This document shows, in pieces, positions 22,371-34,399 of a stretch of 64,000 bases of DNA. The DNA lies in assembly GCA_001244265.2 (NCBI GenBank), contig CDLV01000015.1:992001-1056000 (forward strand), in the 5' to 3' direction. Below the pieces are notes generated by a model. That model had not been told where the DNA came from. It saw only the letters and a program-made list of their open reading frames with translations, and searched no databases. Made by a program: the position numbers and the translations under genes. The stretch's first letter is position 1; every line of letters begins with the position of its first letter. This DNA is from Microbotryum violaceum (lineage: Eukaryota).

Positions 22371-25300
22371 AAATCATCACCGTGTGCTCTGTCGCAGCCA
22401 ATGCACACGCATGGAGCGGACGTTGGACCGGAGTCGTCGGTGTGAAAATGAGGATTCGGTTGATACCTCAATAAGTCTTGGTGAGCGCGGCGCACAGCTG
22501 CTCCTCCGGTGTGCAATTCGTGGATGAATCCACGCAACACGGCAATCTTGGATTTGATGTCGACGTGAATCCCAAACAAGCCCCGGGGCTACAATCCAGT
22601 TTCACAGTCGGAGGTGGCGCCACAGCTGGTGCTCTATTGCGCCGCACCGAACTCGACGCGCCGGCCCAACCAGTAAGCGCTCTTCCTGACTTGAAGGCGT
22701 GCTCCCTCACAGCCATTGTCGGCATTGTCGGGTACAGAATGGCTTGTTGACGAAGCCCCAACGCGGCTCGTGAATCTCGAAAGACATCTGTATTTTCGAG
22801 ACGGCATGCGACGCGGGTGGGAGGAGGCCGAACATGCCAAGCACGCGCCCGCAATCACGCTCTTGTGGCGGAGACGGGACAGGACCGGACAACGGCAAAG
22901 TCGCAACCGAGGCACAAGAGCGCAGCTCTGAGTCATGACAGCATGACATTGACAAAGCAGGACGCAAGAGGCTTCGACCTCACCAACAAACAAAAGGTAC
23001 ACGACCTTGCAGACACAGGGATACGCAACTCTGTACAAACGAAGCTTCACCTTCCACAAAGGGAGTCAGATATCTCAGCCTATCGCCCACAGGGGCTCTC
23101 CCGCCGCCCGCAGGCAACTTGCACCCCGCCGGAAACTTTGACAGTGGGTGCGTGATCATGAACGGGAACAGTTCGTACTGCCGCGGGCAATCTGGCTGCC
23201 GGGACACGACGTCCGAGGGGTTCACCTTTGTGTTAATGTATTCATTCGACCACTTCACACCTCAAGTTTCCTCAAGGCTGTGCAGGTTTGAAAGCGACAA
23301 GTTCAACAAGGGATTCATCGAATGCCCTTTCCTCCATCCAAGCACAACCCGGGTGTTGTCACATTGGAGAACGAAATGTTCATCGTCACATTTGTAACGC
23401 TGCCTTGGCCAGCGCCTTGACCACCCACGCCTCCGCGTTTGTGATAGAGACCAAGTGTCGAGGCGGTGGCAGATCTGTCCACCCCTCGGGGAGAGCGAAG
23501 TACGAGGAGTATCCGTTGATGACGATGCCTAGTCTGTGCATACAGGCATCCAACGCTAAAGCAAGCTTCGATGGGATTGGGAGGGCCTCGAACGACGTGG
23601 AGAATGGGCCTTCCAACAAGAGGAACCTTCTCCAGTATTTGAGTGCGACGGTCCAGATGCGCCTGCAAAACCGCCTTCCGGTCCCTTTATGCGATACACT
23701 GCCTGTATAAACAGTTGAGATGGGTCCGTAATGCAGGGAGGATGTATGCAACATACCCCAATGACCCAGTGACCAACTTGACTTCCGAGCATTCCTTCTG
23801 ATCGGTGTGGCTACCTTTCAGCAAGGCGTTGATCCTGTCAATGTAGCGCATCTGCGTCTGATCGGTGACCGTTGCAGTCATTAGATCCAAATCCCAGTCA
23901 ATCCCAACGTGGACAAATTGACGCGTCCACGTGAAGCCTTTCTGCTCCGCGAGGCGCCAGCCGAGGGATCGTATGAAATGAAGAACGGCTTCTTGCAATA
24001 TGGCATCTGATGTTGGGACCGCCCAAATATTGTCAACCATCTTGAAGATTGACCCGCCGGGGAACTTCCATTCGACCAAGTCTTGGGTCAGGTCTGCGAC
24101 GTTCCCAAAGACACCGGGAGTGGTCCTGCCACCGAAGCAAGGGACTCGTCATACGAAGATGAGGCTGCACCACAAGATGCACATGCTTGATTGCTGATCC
24201 CATCGCAAAGGGAGTTGGTAAAACGCATCAGCGAAATCCCAACTGCAGACTCCCACCATCAAGGGAAGCTCGCAAAACACTCCGTTGCAACAGTCCATGC
24301 CCGCTCATCAACGGATGATTTGCTTTGTCAGGGTCTGTGGTTCGATCAATTGGCTTCGCCGTGGGGTAAGACATATTTTCGATCTGTCTCCACTTCGGCG
24401 GCATTTGGGTGCTACCTGAAAGGACCAACCGCGGCCTTAAGCTCGTCCTTGTCGTACGACCCCGCAATGTACCCGAGATTGAGCAAGCGCTCCATCTTGC
24501 CACCCATGATCAGTTGTTGCTTCTCGGTGAGCGGTGCGTTCTTTGCGATGTGACGCTCCGACGAAGGGTCCTTGATGCCGAAATCACAGCCCTCTCGGAT
24601 CTGCTTCGGTATAGCGGCTAGGTAAGGCGCAACATGCACGACCTTTGTGAGTGCCTTAATGTTGGCTTCGAATGCACCAGCATCGAGCAGCGTAATTTTT
24701 TTGTACATTGCATCACGGAACAAGTCGACTTCACGAGCCATGATTCGCATGCGAGCGGAAGTTTCGGGCGCTGGCGACGAGCCCGGCGCAGGCATTGAAG
24801 ACGCGAACGTCTCTTTGCTGCTGGCCGTGACAGGTTCGAGCGGAGCCCTGCCCACCCTGTGGATGGGCAGTTTGGTAATACTCGGAGGGTCCGTCAGAGC
24901 ACCGCTTAGCGGGTGCGGACGTGAGGAAGCGCGAACGGTGGGGAATTTGACCCTTGAACCAGAGAACGGAGGCACTCGACGCGACGCCTGAGAGGTAACG
25001 ACCCCAGAAAGGGCCACAGGACCCGTAGAAACCGGGCATCTACATGTGCGCGGACGTGAGCGGAAGTGAAGGCACGACACGAGAGTGGGGAAGGGTTGGT
25101 GATACAGACGTGCCAACTGTTATAGTTGGTGCAGGTTGTCGCCCGCGGCACAGCGCTGAGCAGCACCACCGAAGTTACGACTACCACTGCAGGCGCAACC
25201 ACTACAAGTTTGAGGGGAAGAATCGGCTTCCAATCCTCGCCCCCCAGCGTTGCCTCCTCCATAGAGCGCCCGGTGGACAATCTCATCAAGGCGCGTGGCC

Positions 25301-26439
25301 GCGAGCTCAGCCCACTTCATGGCGACGTTGAGGCAGCCGAGACGTGAGCCATGATCGAATGGTCAAAGGGTCCGAAAACCTCTCTATCTTCGAGACCTTG
25401 AATCCCGGTCACCACAAAGAACGAACCATCGAGTCGTATTTCCTCATGATGGACCCATTCGAGTCACAGGTCCGCATCGCAACGGACTCGAAGTGCCGGT
25501 CAAACATCTCCGAAGGCGACTGTGCGCCTCCGACGATGATCGAAACCGTCGTCGGGTCGACCGCTTCCTCTATGAGAGAATAGCGCGCGTCCTGCCATTG
25601 CGTGCGCGGCAGGCAGCCGTCGAAGACCAGACCCGCCTCCATCCGCGCCTTGAAACCCACACCATAATCCAGACTCACCTGACTTGTTGGTGTCGTGACA
25701 GAACACAACATCGGAGGATTCTTGCGATCCTTCGTCCACTTGATCGTTTCGACACAGATGCCGGACAAGGCGCCATCGTAAGTGGTACTCGCCGTCGTGT
25801 CTACGGCGCCGGAAAGTTGCATCGGGGGCAAATGCGGGGGCCACGTGCACGCCCGCGGCGCCACCGATAGTTGCCGCCGGCGACTCTGTAGACGAGAGCG
25901 CGGCGCGGTCGTTGGTTGAGGTCGAAGCAGTCGTCATTGCCGGTAACAATAGGTTCGAAAAGTTTCGCGAGTGTAGGGGCAATAAGCACTGCCGTTCGAG
26001 CGAAACGAATAAGGTGCAGAAGCGAACAGGCATTTCTCTCGCCTACTCCACTCTAAGCGCATGCGCGCCACCCCCAGGCTGCGTCTTAGATGCCAAATGG
26101 AGCCTCCCATCGTCTGGCAGCGTCTGGCAGCGTCAGCGCGTTTGCGGCATGTCGCTGCGGTCCGCGCGGGGAGCCCTCCCGAGTCCACCCTGCATATCTC
26201 ACCATACCATCACAAGCAATCTTCCTTCTGTCACGTGGCCCCACTCGCCTTTGTAGATACCTCTCCTGTTGCTGCTCATGTTGAGAAGACACCATCTCGG
26301 TGTCGGTTACGCGGATACAGGCTGAGGCACGCGAAAGCAACTGAACAAACTGACAACTACATCGCCGTGCCAGTGTTTTGCAGCTGGTCTAGACCTACTC
26401 CTCCCTCTTTCCTTAGCCTCTTCTCTTTGTGTTCTGTCG

Positions 26440-28911
26440 ATGGCTGGCGCGCAGTCTGGCGACAAATGCGTGGACGTTGGCGGTCCAGAGCCGGCGTCAC
26501 CGCCTGCCCACCCCGCCCGAGATGTCGCACAGCAGCATTCCGGCTCACCCCCGTCGACCACGTCCTCGCCGGCATCTCGCCGATCGCGTGGCTCTACGAA
26601 AGCAACTACCGCTCCATCGACGGGCTCGCCGAAGGGGTCCTTCACAGAATCACCAACCACTTCGCCAGCAGGATCAGCGATCAGTTCGCCAGCAGGATCA
26701 GCGATCACTTCCCCTGCAGGATCAGCAATCACGTCGCCCACGGGATCGCCGATCACATCGCCGAAGGTCCCGCCACGCGTGCCCTCGCCGCCTCTCGCTC
26801 GCTCGTTCACCGCTCAACTGCCATGGGTCCTGCGCACATGGATGTTCCCTTCCAGCTCGGAAGACAGAACCGGATTTCAGGGCCATGAAATCGAGTGGTC
26901 CTCGTTGAGGGACTTTTTCCTGAGCCCCAGCCCCAGTCGCGACGGTACCGCGGCGGATCTCGGCCAGACTGAGTCAACGATGAATCAGAGCCTGGCGCCG
27001 AGAATCACGTGGCAGTTAGGTGATCCGAACTTGGTGAGCATCTCTTCCAACGCAATGTTGCTCCTACTGTTGTTTCGATGTCCCTCATCTACCCGCGCTC
27101 TGGATCGGACAGGAACCACAAGGAAGACTTGTGAAAACCCCTCTTCGCCAAGATCGCGAAGCCTACGACCCCAACGAGTTCCCCGATTTCGTCGTGCTGT
27201 CGCGACAGGCCTTCGACGGCAATTCCGAGCTCGCGTCGGCTTGGGCCCAAGATCACGTCGACGCTGAAAAAGACGATTTCCGCAACTGGGAACAAGTGGC
27301 CGCGATTGGTGTACTGGGTGGCAAGAAGATATGCCAAGACCCCACCTTGGATTCGGCGTGGGTCTACCCGGCCACGCGAGTGAAGCATCACCTGCGCAAG
27401 CTAGCTGCCGAGTCACCGATCCGCTCTCACACGTTCGGCTTCACGCTCGACGGTTCGATCTTGACCCTCTATCTTCACACCCCCTCTGGTCTCTTCTATT
27501 CGTCCGACATCGAATGCACCGAATCGAATGGACACCTCTCGACGTTTATCACGCGTCTGCTCAGCCTGAATGATCTTGACCTTGGGAAGATCGCCTCGCC
27601 TGGGGAGCCCGACGGCCCACCTCTGCCGTTCCCGGTCGCCGCGCTGCCGCCGCGAGTGCCAGTTTTCGCTCATCACCTCGGGGACGGGTCGACGATCGAC
27701 TCGGTCGAGATTGCGCAAACGGTGTTTTGTAGCGGCGCAGTCCTCGGGTTGCAGACGTCGGCGTCGCGAGTTCGTGCGACACGGATGGGTGTCAACGGCG
27801 AACAGGAGTACGCGATGACCGTCTCGTTTGTGGAAGAAGCTCGTTGCGACGAACACGATCGGATCCGGCTGCTGATTGCTTCGGCATCGCCTCAGGAGCG
27901 CGAAGGTCTCACGAACTTTGTGGACGTGCATCGAGAGGTCAATTTCGGCCTTGTACCTCACTTCCTCAAGGGCCAGCCCGACGCCGACAGCGCCGCGCTC
28001 AAGCCGAGGGCGATGGAGGTGGCCTTTCAGGAGCGCTGCTTCGAGACAATCTGGACCGTGGACTCGACCGAGGCGCTCATTCGAGTCGCGCTTGGAGTGG
28101 TGAAAGGTATGTTTCTGATCTCGCTCGGATCAGTTGGGGTTGCAGTGGATGTTTGATATCTGATGCCGAATTGATCTTCTCTTCCCAGGTCTGCGCAGTC
28201 TGCACCGCATGCGCATCCTGCATCGCGATGTCTCTTCCGGAAATATCATGGTTGGACCGGATGGAGAGGGTGTACTGATCGATTATGATCTCGCCGTGCT
28301 CATGGACGGGCCCTTTGGCGACGCAGCACATCTGGAACGAGTTGTGAGGTTACGTTCTCGTCCTGTAGCGTGTCAGTGCTACACCGCTGACCGGAGCCTT
28401 GTTCAATCACCGCGCATAGGGAACCTTCGCATTCCGAGCAAGGCACCTTATGGAATTCTGCGGCAGTCTCCTGCATCAACCATGGCACGACATCGAGTCG
28501 CTCGTTTACGTCATCCTTCTCGTCGTTTTCATGCAACCCACGGGACCAGAAAGCTGGGGCAGGATGTCGGAAGAAGCCGCGACGGTGTGGAAGAATTGGA
28601 ACTGGGACGAATATGCCTACGATACCAAATGGGTACTTCTCCAACGGCAGTCAAACCGGAGGGAGCTGCTGAAGCCATATTTGGGTTTCTGGGAAGGCCT
28701 TCCCGACCTCATTGCTATTGTGGCGAAATACTGCGGACTCAACTTGTCAGCTTACATGTACGGCAGTATCGAAGCGGAAGAATACCTCAAGAGCGAATGG
28801 GGTTCAGGTGAGCTCTCGTATGATCAGCTTGTTGCGGATTTGGAGAAATTGCTTGAGGAGATTGTGCAGACGAGACGGGAAAGGGCGTCGGTTTCGCCTA
28901 TCATTGTGTAG
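26440..28911 (+). CDS. Fungal-type protein kinase (FunK1-like) copy 1; exons about 26440-27033, 27113-28106, 28189-28343, 28420-28911; apparently intact
   Basis: Three GT-AG introns splice in frame; motifs ILHRDVSSGNIM, LIDYDLA, GTFAFRA, HQPWHDIESLVYV typical of the Pkinase_fungal family. Confidence 0.85.
26657..26765 (+). repeat. Coding minisatellite, about 4 x 24 bp, encoding (S/T)SP(A/T)GS(A/P)I
   Basis: TSPAGSAI SSPAGSAI TSPAGSAI TSPTGSPI TSP in ORF 26440..27267. Confidence 0.85.
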
Positions 28912-31900
28912 CTGCTTTAGCCACGTGTGCCATTCATTTGATCATTTTCCAACTGTTGCATCTCGTTCCGACCGTCAAAACGACCAAAGCAAGGCAGATG
29001 GTATGGAAGTGGATGAGAAGTGATGACCAAAGTAAGGCGTACTACCTCGCTCTGTTTCGCTGTAACCGTCCGCCATCGCGCCCGGGGGGTCAGCCCTGCA
29101 AAACTCAACAGCCACCTTCCCACCTTCGCGCGATTCACCTGTCTTTTGTAGACCCTCTCTCCCGTTCGCTGCTGATGTTGATAAGATGCGATACCCCTGG
29201 CCCTGCTGTGGAGACAGTTTTGAACCTACCGCTTCCCACCGCTCATTTCAGGACTTCTGAAACCGCAGTTGAAACAGTCGGGGGAGCTATTACTAAAACT
29301 TGTCGCGCTAGCCGCCAACTGCTGTGGCGAGTCGATTATCCCCTATCACACACGGCGGATGGGAAGCGGTCGAGAAGTGACACCTTGGGGTCCACCGTCC
29401 GCCGGGGCTCAGGTGAGGTCCCTAATGACCAGCTTGTTAGGATACAGAAGAAACAGGAGAAGTCTATGGATCCGTTTGTTAGTGTGTCGACTTCGGATCA
29501 GTGAAAGGCAAGGCAAAGCTACAAATGTCCAGTTGCGACATTATGTGTACTCCGAGCATGGATAATGGGGTTGGTGACAACATCACATCCCGCGGCTCGG
29601 TGTGAACCATTCATACATGAGAGCAGGATCTCTCGGCTAGCAGGCGTCGGTCAGATCGGTTGAGGGGGCCATGTGAATGGGCTACAAATGGCTTTGGGCC
29701 GAGTCCGACGACAAGTATAAGTAGGGACTGGAACAAGAAGCAAATGCTGGAGACTTCCGATGAAACCAATGTCATACAAAGTTAAAAGACCTATCCGTCA
29801 TGATACAAGTGTTGTGATCGCTTCTGTTTCCTCCGGACAATCTCGAGAAGCAAATGGTCCAAATCCGCATTGAGATGGTCGTGAGAGAGCTCACCCGAGT
29901 CCCATCCTTTCTCGAGCCATTCCTCTTCTGCGACCTTACTGTAAGTAAAAACCGACAGACCGAGTCCGCAGTACTTCGCAACAGTAGCAATGAGATCAGG
30001 AAGGCTTTCCCAGAAGTCCAGATATGGCTCCAGCAACTCCCTCCGGCCCGACCGCACTTGGACAAAGCCCTCTTTGAAATCGTGGGACCAGAGTTCAGAG
30101 TTCCAATCATTCCACAGCGCAGTGGCCACTTCTGACATGCGGCTGCCTGGCCCCGTGGGTTGCGTGAAAACGACGAAAAGGATGACGTAAACGAGCGACT
30201 CGATGTCGTGCCACGGCTGATGCAGAATCGTGCCGACATTGTCGATGAGTTGTCTTGCTCGGAATGCGAAGGTTCCTGTACGTGGTAATTGAATGAGGCT
30301 CCAGTCAGCGGTGTAGCGCTGAAACGCTACAAGATGACTCCGAGAAGGTGACCTCACAACTCGTTCCAGACGCGCTGCGTTGCCAAAGGGCCCGTCCATG
30401 AGCACGGCGAGATCATAATCGATCAGTACACCCTCTCCATCCGGTCCAACCATGATATTTCCGGAAGAGACATCGCGATGCAGGATGCGCATGCGGTGCA
30501 GACTGCGCAGACCTGGGAAGAGAAGATCAATTCGGCATCAGATATCAAACATCCACTGCAACCCCAACTGATCCGAGCGAGATCAGAAACATACCTTTCA
30601 CCACTCCAAGCGCGACTCGAATGAGCGCCTCGGTCGAGTCCACGGTCCAGATTGTCTCGAAGCAGCGCTCCTGAAAGGCCACCTCCATCGCCCTCGGCTT
30701 GAGCGCGGCGCTGTCGGCGTCGGGCTGGCCCTTGAGGAAGTGAGGTACAAGGCCGAAATTGACCTCTCGATGCACGTCCACAAAGTTCGTGAGACCTTCG
30801 CGCTCCTGAGGCGATGCCGAAGCAATCAGCAGCCGGATCCGATCGTGTTCGTCGCAACGAGCTTCTTCCACAAACGAGACGGTCATCGCGTACTCCTGTT
30901 CGCCGTTGACACCCATCCGTGTCGCACGAACTCGCGACGCCGACGTCTGCAACCCGAGGACTGCGCCGCTACAAAACACCGTTTGCGCAATCTCGACCGA
31001 GTCGATCGTCGACCCGTCCCCGAGGTGATGAGCGAAAACTGGCACTCGCGGCGGCAGCGCGGCGACCGGGAACGGCAGAGGTGGGCCGTCGGGCTCCCCA
31101 GGCGAGGCGATCTTCCCAAGGTCAAGATCATTCAGGCTGAGCAGACGCGTGATAAACGTCGAGAGGTGTCCATTCGATTCGGTGCATTCGATGTCGGACG
31201 AATAGAAGAGACCAGAGGGGGTGTGAAGATAGAGGGTCAAGATCGAACCGTCGAGCGTGAAGCCGAACGTGTGAGAGCGGATCGGTGACTCGGCAGCGAG
31301 CTTGCGCAGGTGATGCTTCACTCGCGTGGCCGGGTAGACCCACGCCGAATCCAAGGTGGGGTCTTGGCATATCTTCTTGCCACCCAGTACACCAATCGCG
31401 GCCACTTGTTCCCAGTTGCGGAAATCGTCTTTTTCAGCGTCGACGTGATCTTGGGCCCAAGCCGACGCGAGCTCGGAATTGCCGTCGAAGGCCTGTCGCG
31501 ACAGCACGACGAAATCGGGGAACTCGTTGGGGTCGTAGGCTTCGCGATCTTGGCGAAGAGGGGTTTTCACAAGTCTTCCTTGTGGTTCCTGTCCGATCCA
31601 GAGCGCGGGTAGATGAGGGACATCGAAACAACAGTAGGAGCAACATTGCGTTGGAAGAGATGCTCACCAAGTTCGGATCACCTAACTGCCACGTGATTCT
31701 CGGCGCCAGGCTCTGATTCATCGTTGACTCAGTCTGGCCGAGATCCGCCGCGGTACCGTCGCGACTGGGGCTGGGGCTCAGGAAAAAGTCCCTCAACGAG
31801 GACCACTCGATTTCATGGCCCTGAAATCCGGTTCTGTCTTCCGAGCTGGAAGGGAACATCCATGTGCGCAGGACCCATGGCAGTTGAGCGGTGAACGAGC

Positions 31901-31921
31901 GAGCGAGAGGCGGCGAGGGCA
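26780..31921. repeat. Long inverted repeat: arms 26780-28319 and 30382-31921 (~1540 bp), spacer ~2060 bp
   Basis: Mirror coordinates sum to 58701; the 341-aa ORFs 27131..28156(+) and 30545..31570(-) are identical; only one substitution (near 27403 / 31298) was detected. Confidence 0.95.
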
Positions 31922-31994
31922 ACGGCGGTGGCGGGGCCGGGACCTTCGGCGATCCTGTTGGCGACGTGATTGCTGATTCTTCCGGTAAATTCAT
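29791..31994 (-). CDS. FunK1-like kinase copy 2, inverted relative to copy 1; N-terminus uncertain
   Basis: Same intron positions and motifs as copy 1; diverged last exon; an in-frame stop near 32111 leaves ATG 31994 as the first clear start. Confidence 0.8.
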
Positions 31995-34399
31995 CAGTGA
32001 TTCTTTGTACGTTCCTTTCGCCTTCGGCGAGACCGTCGATGGAGCCGCAATCGCTTTCGTAAGTCCACGAGATCGGTGAGATGGGGTGGGGGAGTTGAAC
32101 GTGGTCGACGTTCAAGCTCAAGCTGAAGGTTGAACGTTGACTCACGCTGACTCGGAGCCCGGAATGCCAGGCGCTGACGCCGGCTCTCGACCGCCGACGT
32201 CCACGGCATCGATCGACATCGTATCCTGCGCTTCTTCAATAGGGATTTCTGGTATCTTGATGGGTCATCGAGTCTAATTGTACGATCATTCAGAACGTGC
32301 TCCGATAGGCCCGAGGGCAAAGAAACGGTCTTCAGGATCAGTAACTCGAGACTCGTTGGTAGTTCGGATTGACCTCGCCAAACCTGCGATCTCGATTGAC
32401 TAGTGCCTCACTCTAGCCAATGAAAGTCCGATCACGGTAAGATGTTGGCAGCGTTTCTGTGAGAAGCATTTATTGTGATGCAAAAGTGTACGCCACACCT
32501 TCAAAGCCTGCTCTTTCAATTGCTCTCGACGTTACTGTCCAGGCCTTGAAAACGCTTTGAATTCAGGCCGCTGCGAGCCGGACCGCCCGTCTGTTTTTCA
32601 GGCGGAGTCATTGCATATCTACGTGTACCTGGAGTAGCCGTACCGACTACACCCAGAAATAGCCACTTTGATTTGCAACTTAATGCAACAAGAACGTACT
32701 ATGACTGCGTACTTCATGTGTTCGGCTCTCCTCCCTCTTTCCTTTCCTTCAAGTTTCTTTTTTTCTTCTTCTCTTTTTTCTTTCTGGATGTTCAATTGAA
32801 GAAACGACACCATCGCCCCAGTCACCACATCCCCAATGAAGGTTTTTCGATATTTACTCTTCTACTTGCGTTCGGATATATCATGTACTCTCTCTTTCTC
32901 TTGATCCTGTTGATGGCTTGTGCGCCCGGAACACACCCGATGCCGATATTGATCAAGCCGAGGTCATAAAATCTTGCCGGTCCACCAAGCATGAGCTCAT
33001 GTCAATATTTCTTCTTGCAAGCTTCGATGAAAAGCTCACTGGTAGCGGGAAGTGAAGGCCTGTTAGATGGGAAGCCCTGGGGCCAATCTGCATCGTCCGT
33101 ATGCTTCCGCTTGTAGTGTTCGCATCGGTCACGATTTCGTCCCGCCGCAGTCCCGATGCACATCTCATCCATCCTCAACCACCGAGGGAGCCTAAGACTC
33201 CACACGCTTGCCGTCTGATGCATGTAAAGTGTGTTTGGTTCCTCCTGGTAAGGATCGATTTTGTTGGTTGTTTCGCTTACTCGAGATACGGCGTTCTTTC
33301 GGATCTTGGACAGGTGATTTCGGCAGTTGAAATTCGAAGCCAAGGGCAGCTCGAAGTGACGGATAGATGCGTTGCAGTAGTCGGACTTGGTATCGGTACA
33401 TGAATGGATATCGTTTGGATTGCCTTCTGAGGAAGGGGACCAAACAAAATTCAAAAATCTAGTACACGAGATCGAGCGGCACGGCGAACTCGCTAAAGGT
33501 TGGGAGATGACTCACGGTATTACCTTTCCTCGAACGGCTCCTGGCTCATGACAGATCTTGTGAAAACGTATGTCAGCATAGTAAAGGAGATTACAGAGGC
33601 AACACCTAATATTCGAACTGTCACCACTGACCCGCACTCGTTCGTGCTGTCCAATGATCGCGATCGACCCACGTTGGATCCCGACCTGATCCTCATCGGC
33701 GACTCCTGAACATGTCCTATTGACGGTCTCGATCTGCCTGTATTCCAGATTTCGCTACTGGCTCCTTCTCTCGGTTTTCTCATGTCCAAGATCGCTTTGT
33801 GGCCTTGTAGGCGGTTGTCCGCGATGATAAGCCGTGGACGGCGGATCTTGGGAGCCACGTCGGCGCCGCTCGTGATGCTCGATCAATGGCTGCCTTGCTT
33901 CATCGATGCCACTTGTAGGTTGGCGAGCATCGAATGACAGCCCAGCTCCGCGCTTTCGTCGACCTCAAGTGTAAGATGTGCTAGTTGACGTGTCTCGCCC
34001 AGGGGTGCCGAACGCGCCAAATTGTCCCGATCGGCTTTGCTGAACGGCATCGGAACGTATGGACGATGACAGTCTTTGCGATGATGTGGGAAAATTCATT
34101 GTGCTGGTTCGAAAGCCAAAGGAGTGCGGACGTCGGGCAACAACCAGGACAGGTAGTAAGGGGGCTGAGAAAGAGCTCCATGCGATTGTCGCCTCGCGAG
34201 CATCACGTGACTTTGGCTCCACGGCCAAGTTTCCCCCACCTTTCTGCCAACTTCCCCGCACGCCTTGGTCAACTTCGCGAGAGGCGCACGCGCCGCTTGA
34301 GCTTGTCAAAGATGCAGTGGCACTCCCTGCGCACCGCCAGCGCCCCTCGTTTCCTCTCCTTTTAGTTCTGGTTCACCCTTCCTCTCTTCGTGGCGTGTC

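Larger units (their letters stand above)
17259..25937 (-). mobile_element. DIRS/Ngaro-like (tyrosine-recombinase class) retrotransposon remnant, interrupted by copia D and cut by copia C
   Basis: gag-like region with YDSMVR and a C.NYN..C finger (25000-25937); RT motifs GYIAGSYDKDELKAAVGPF, PCFGGRTTPGVFG, MVDN, LGWRLAEQK..VGIDWD (23700-24700); RNase H DAC..LGIV, ITNAEAW, NPSDVVSR (23200-23600). No LTR pair or DDE integrase. The YR catalytic domain is not visible and the outer ends are not resolved. Confidence 0.75.
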
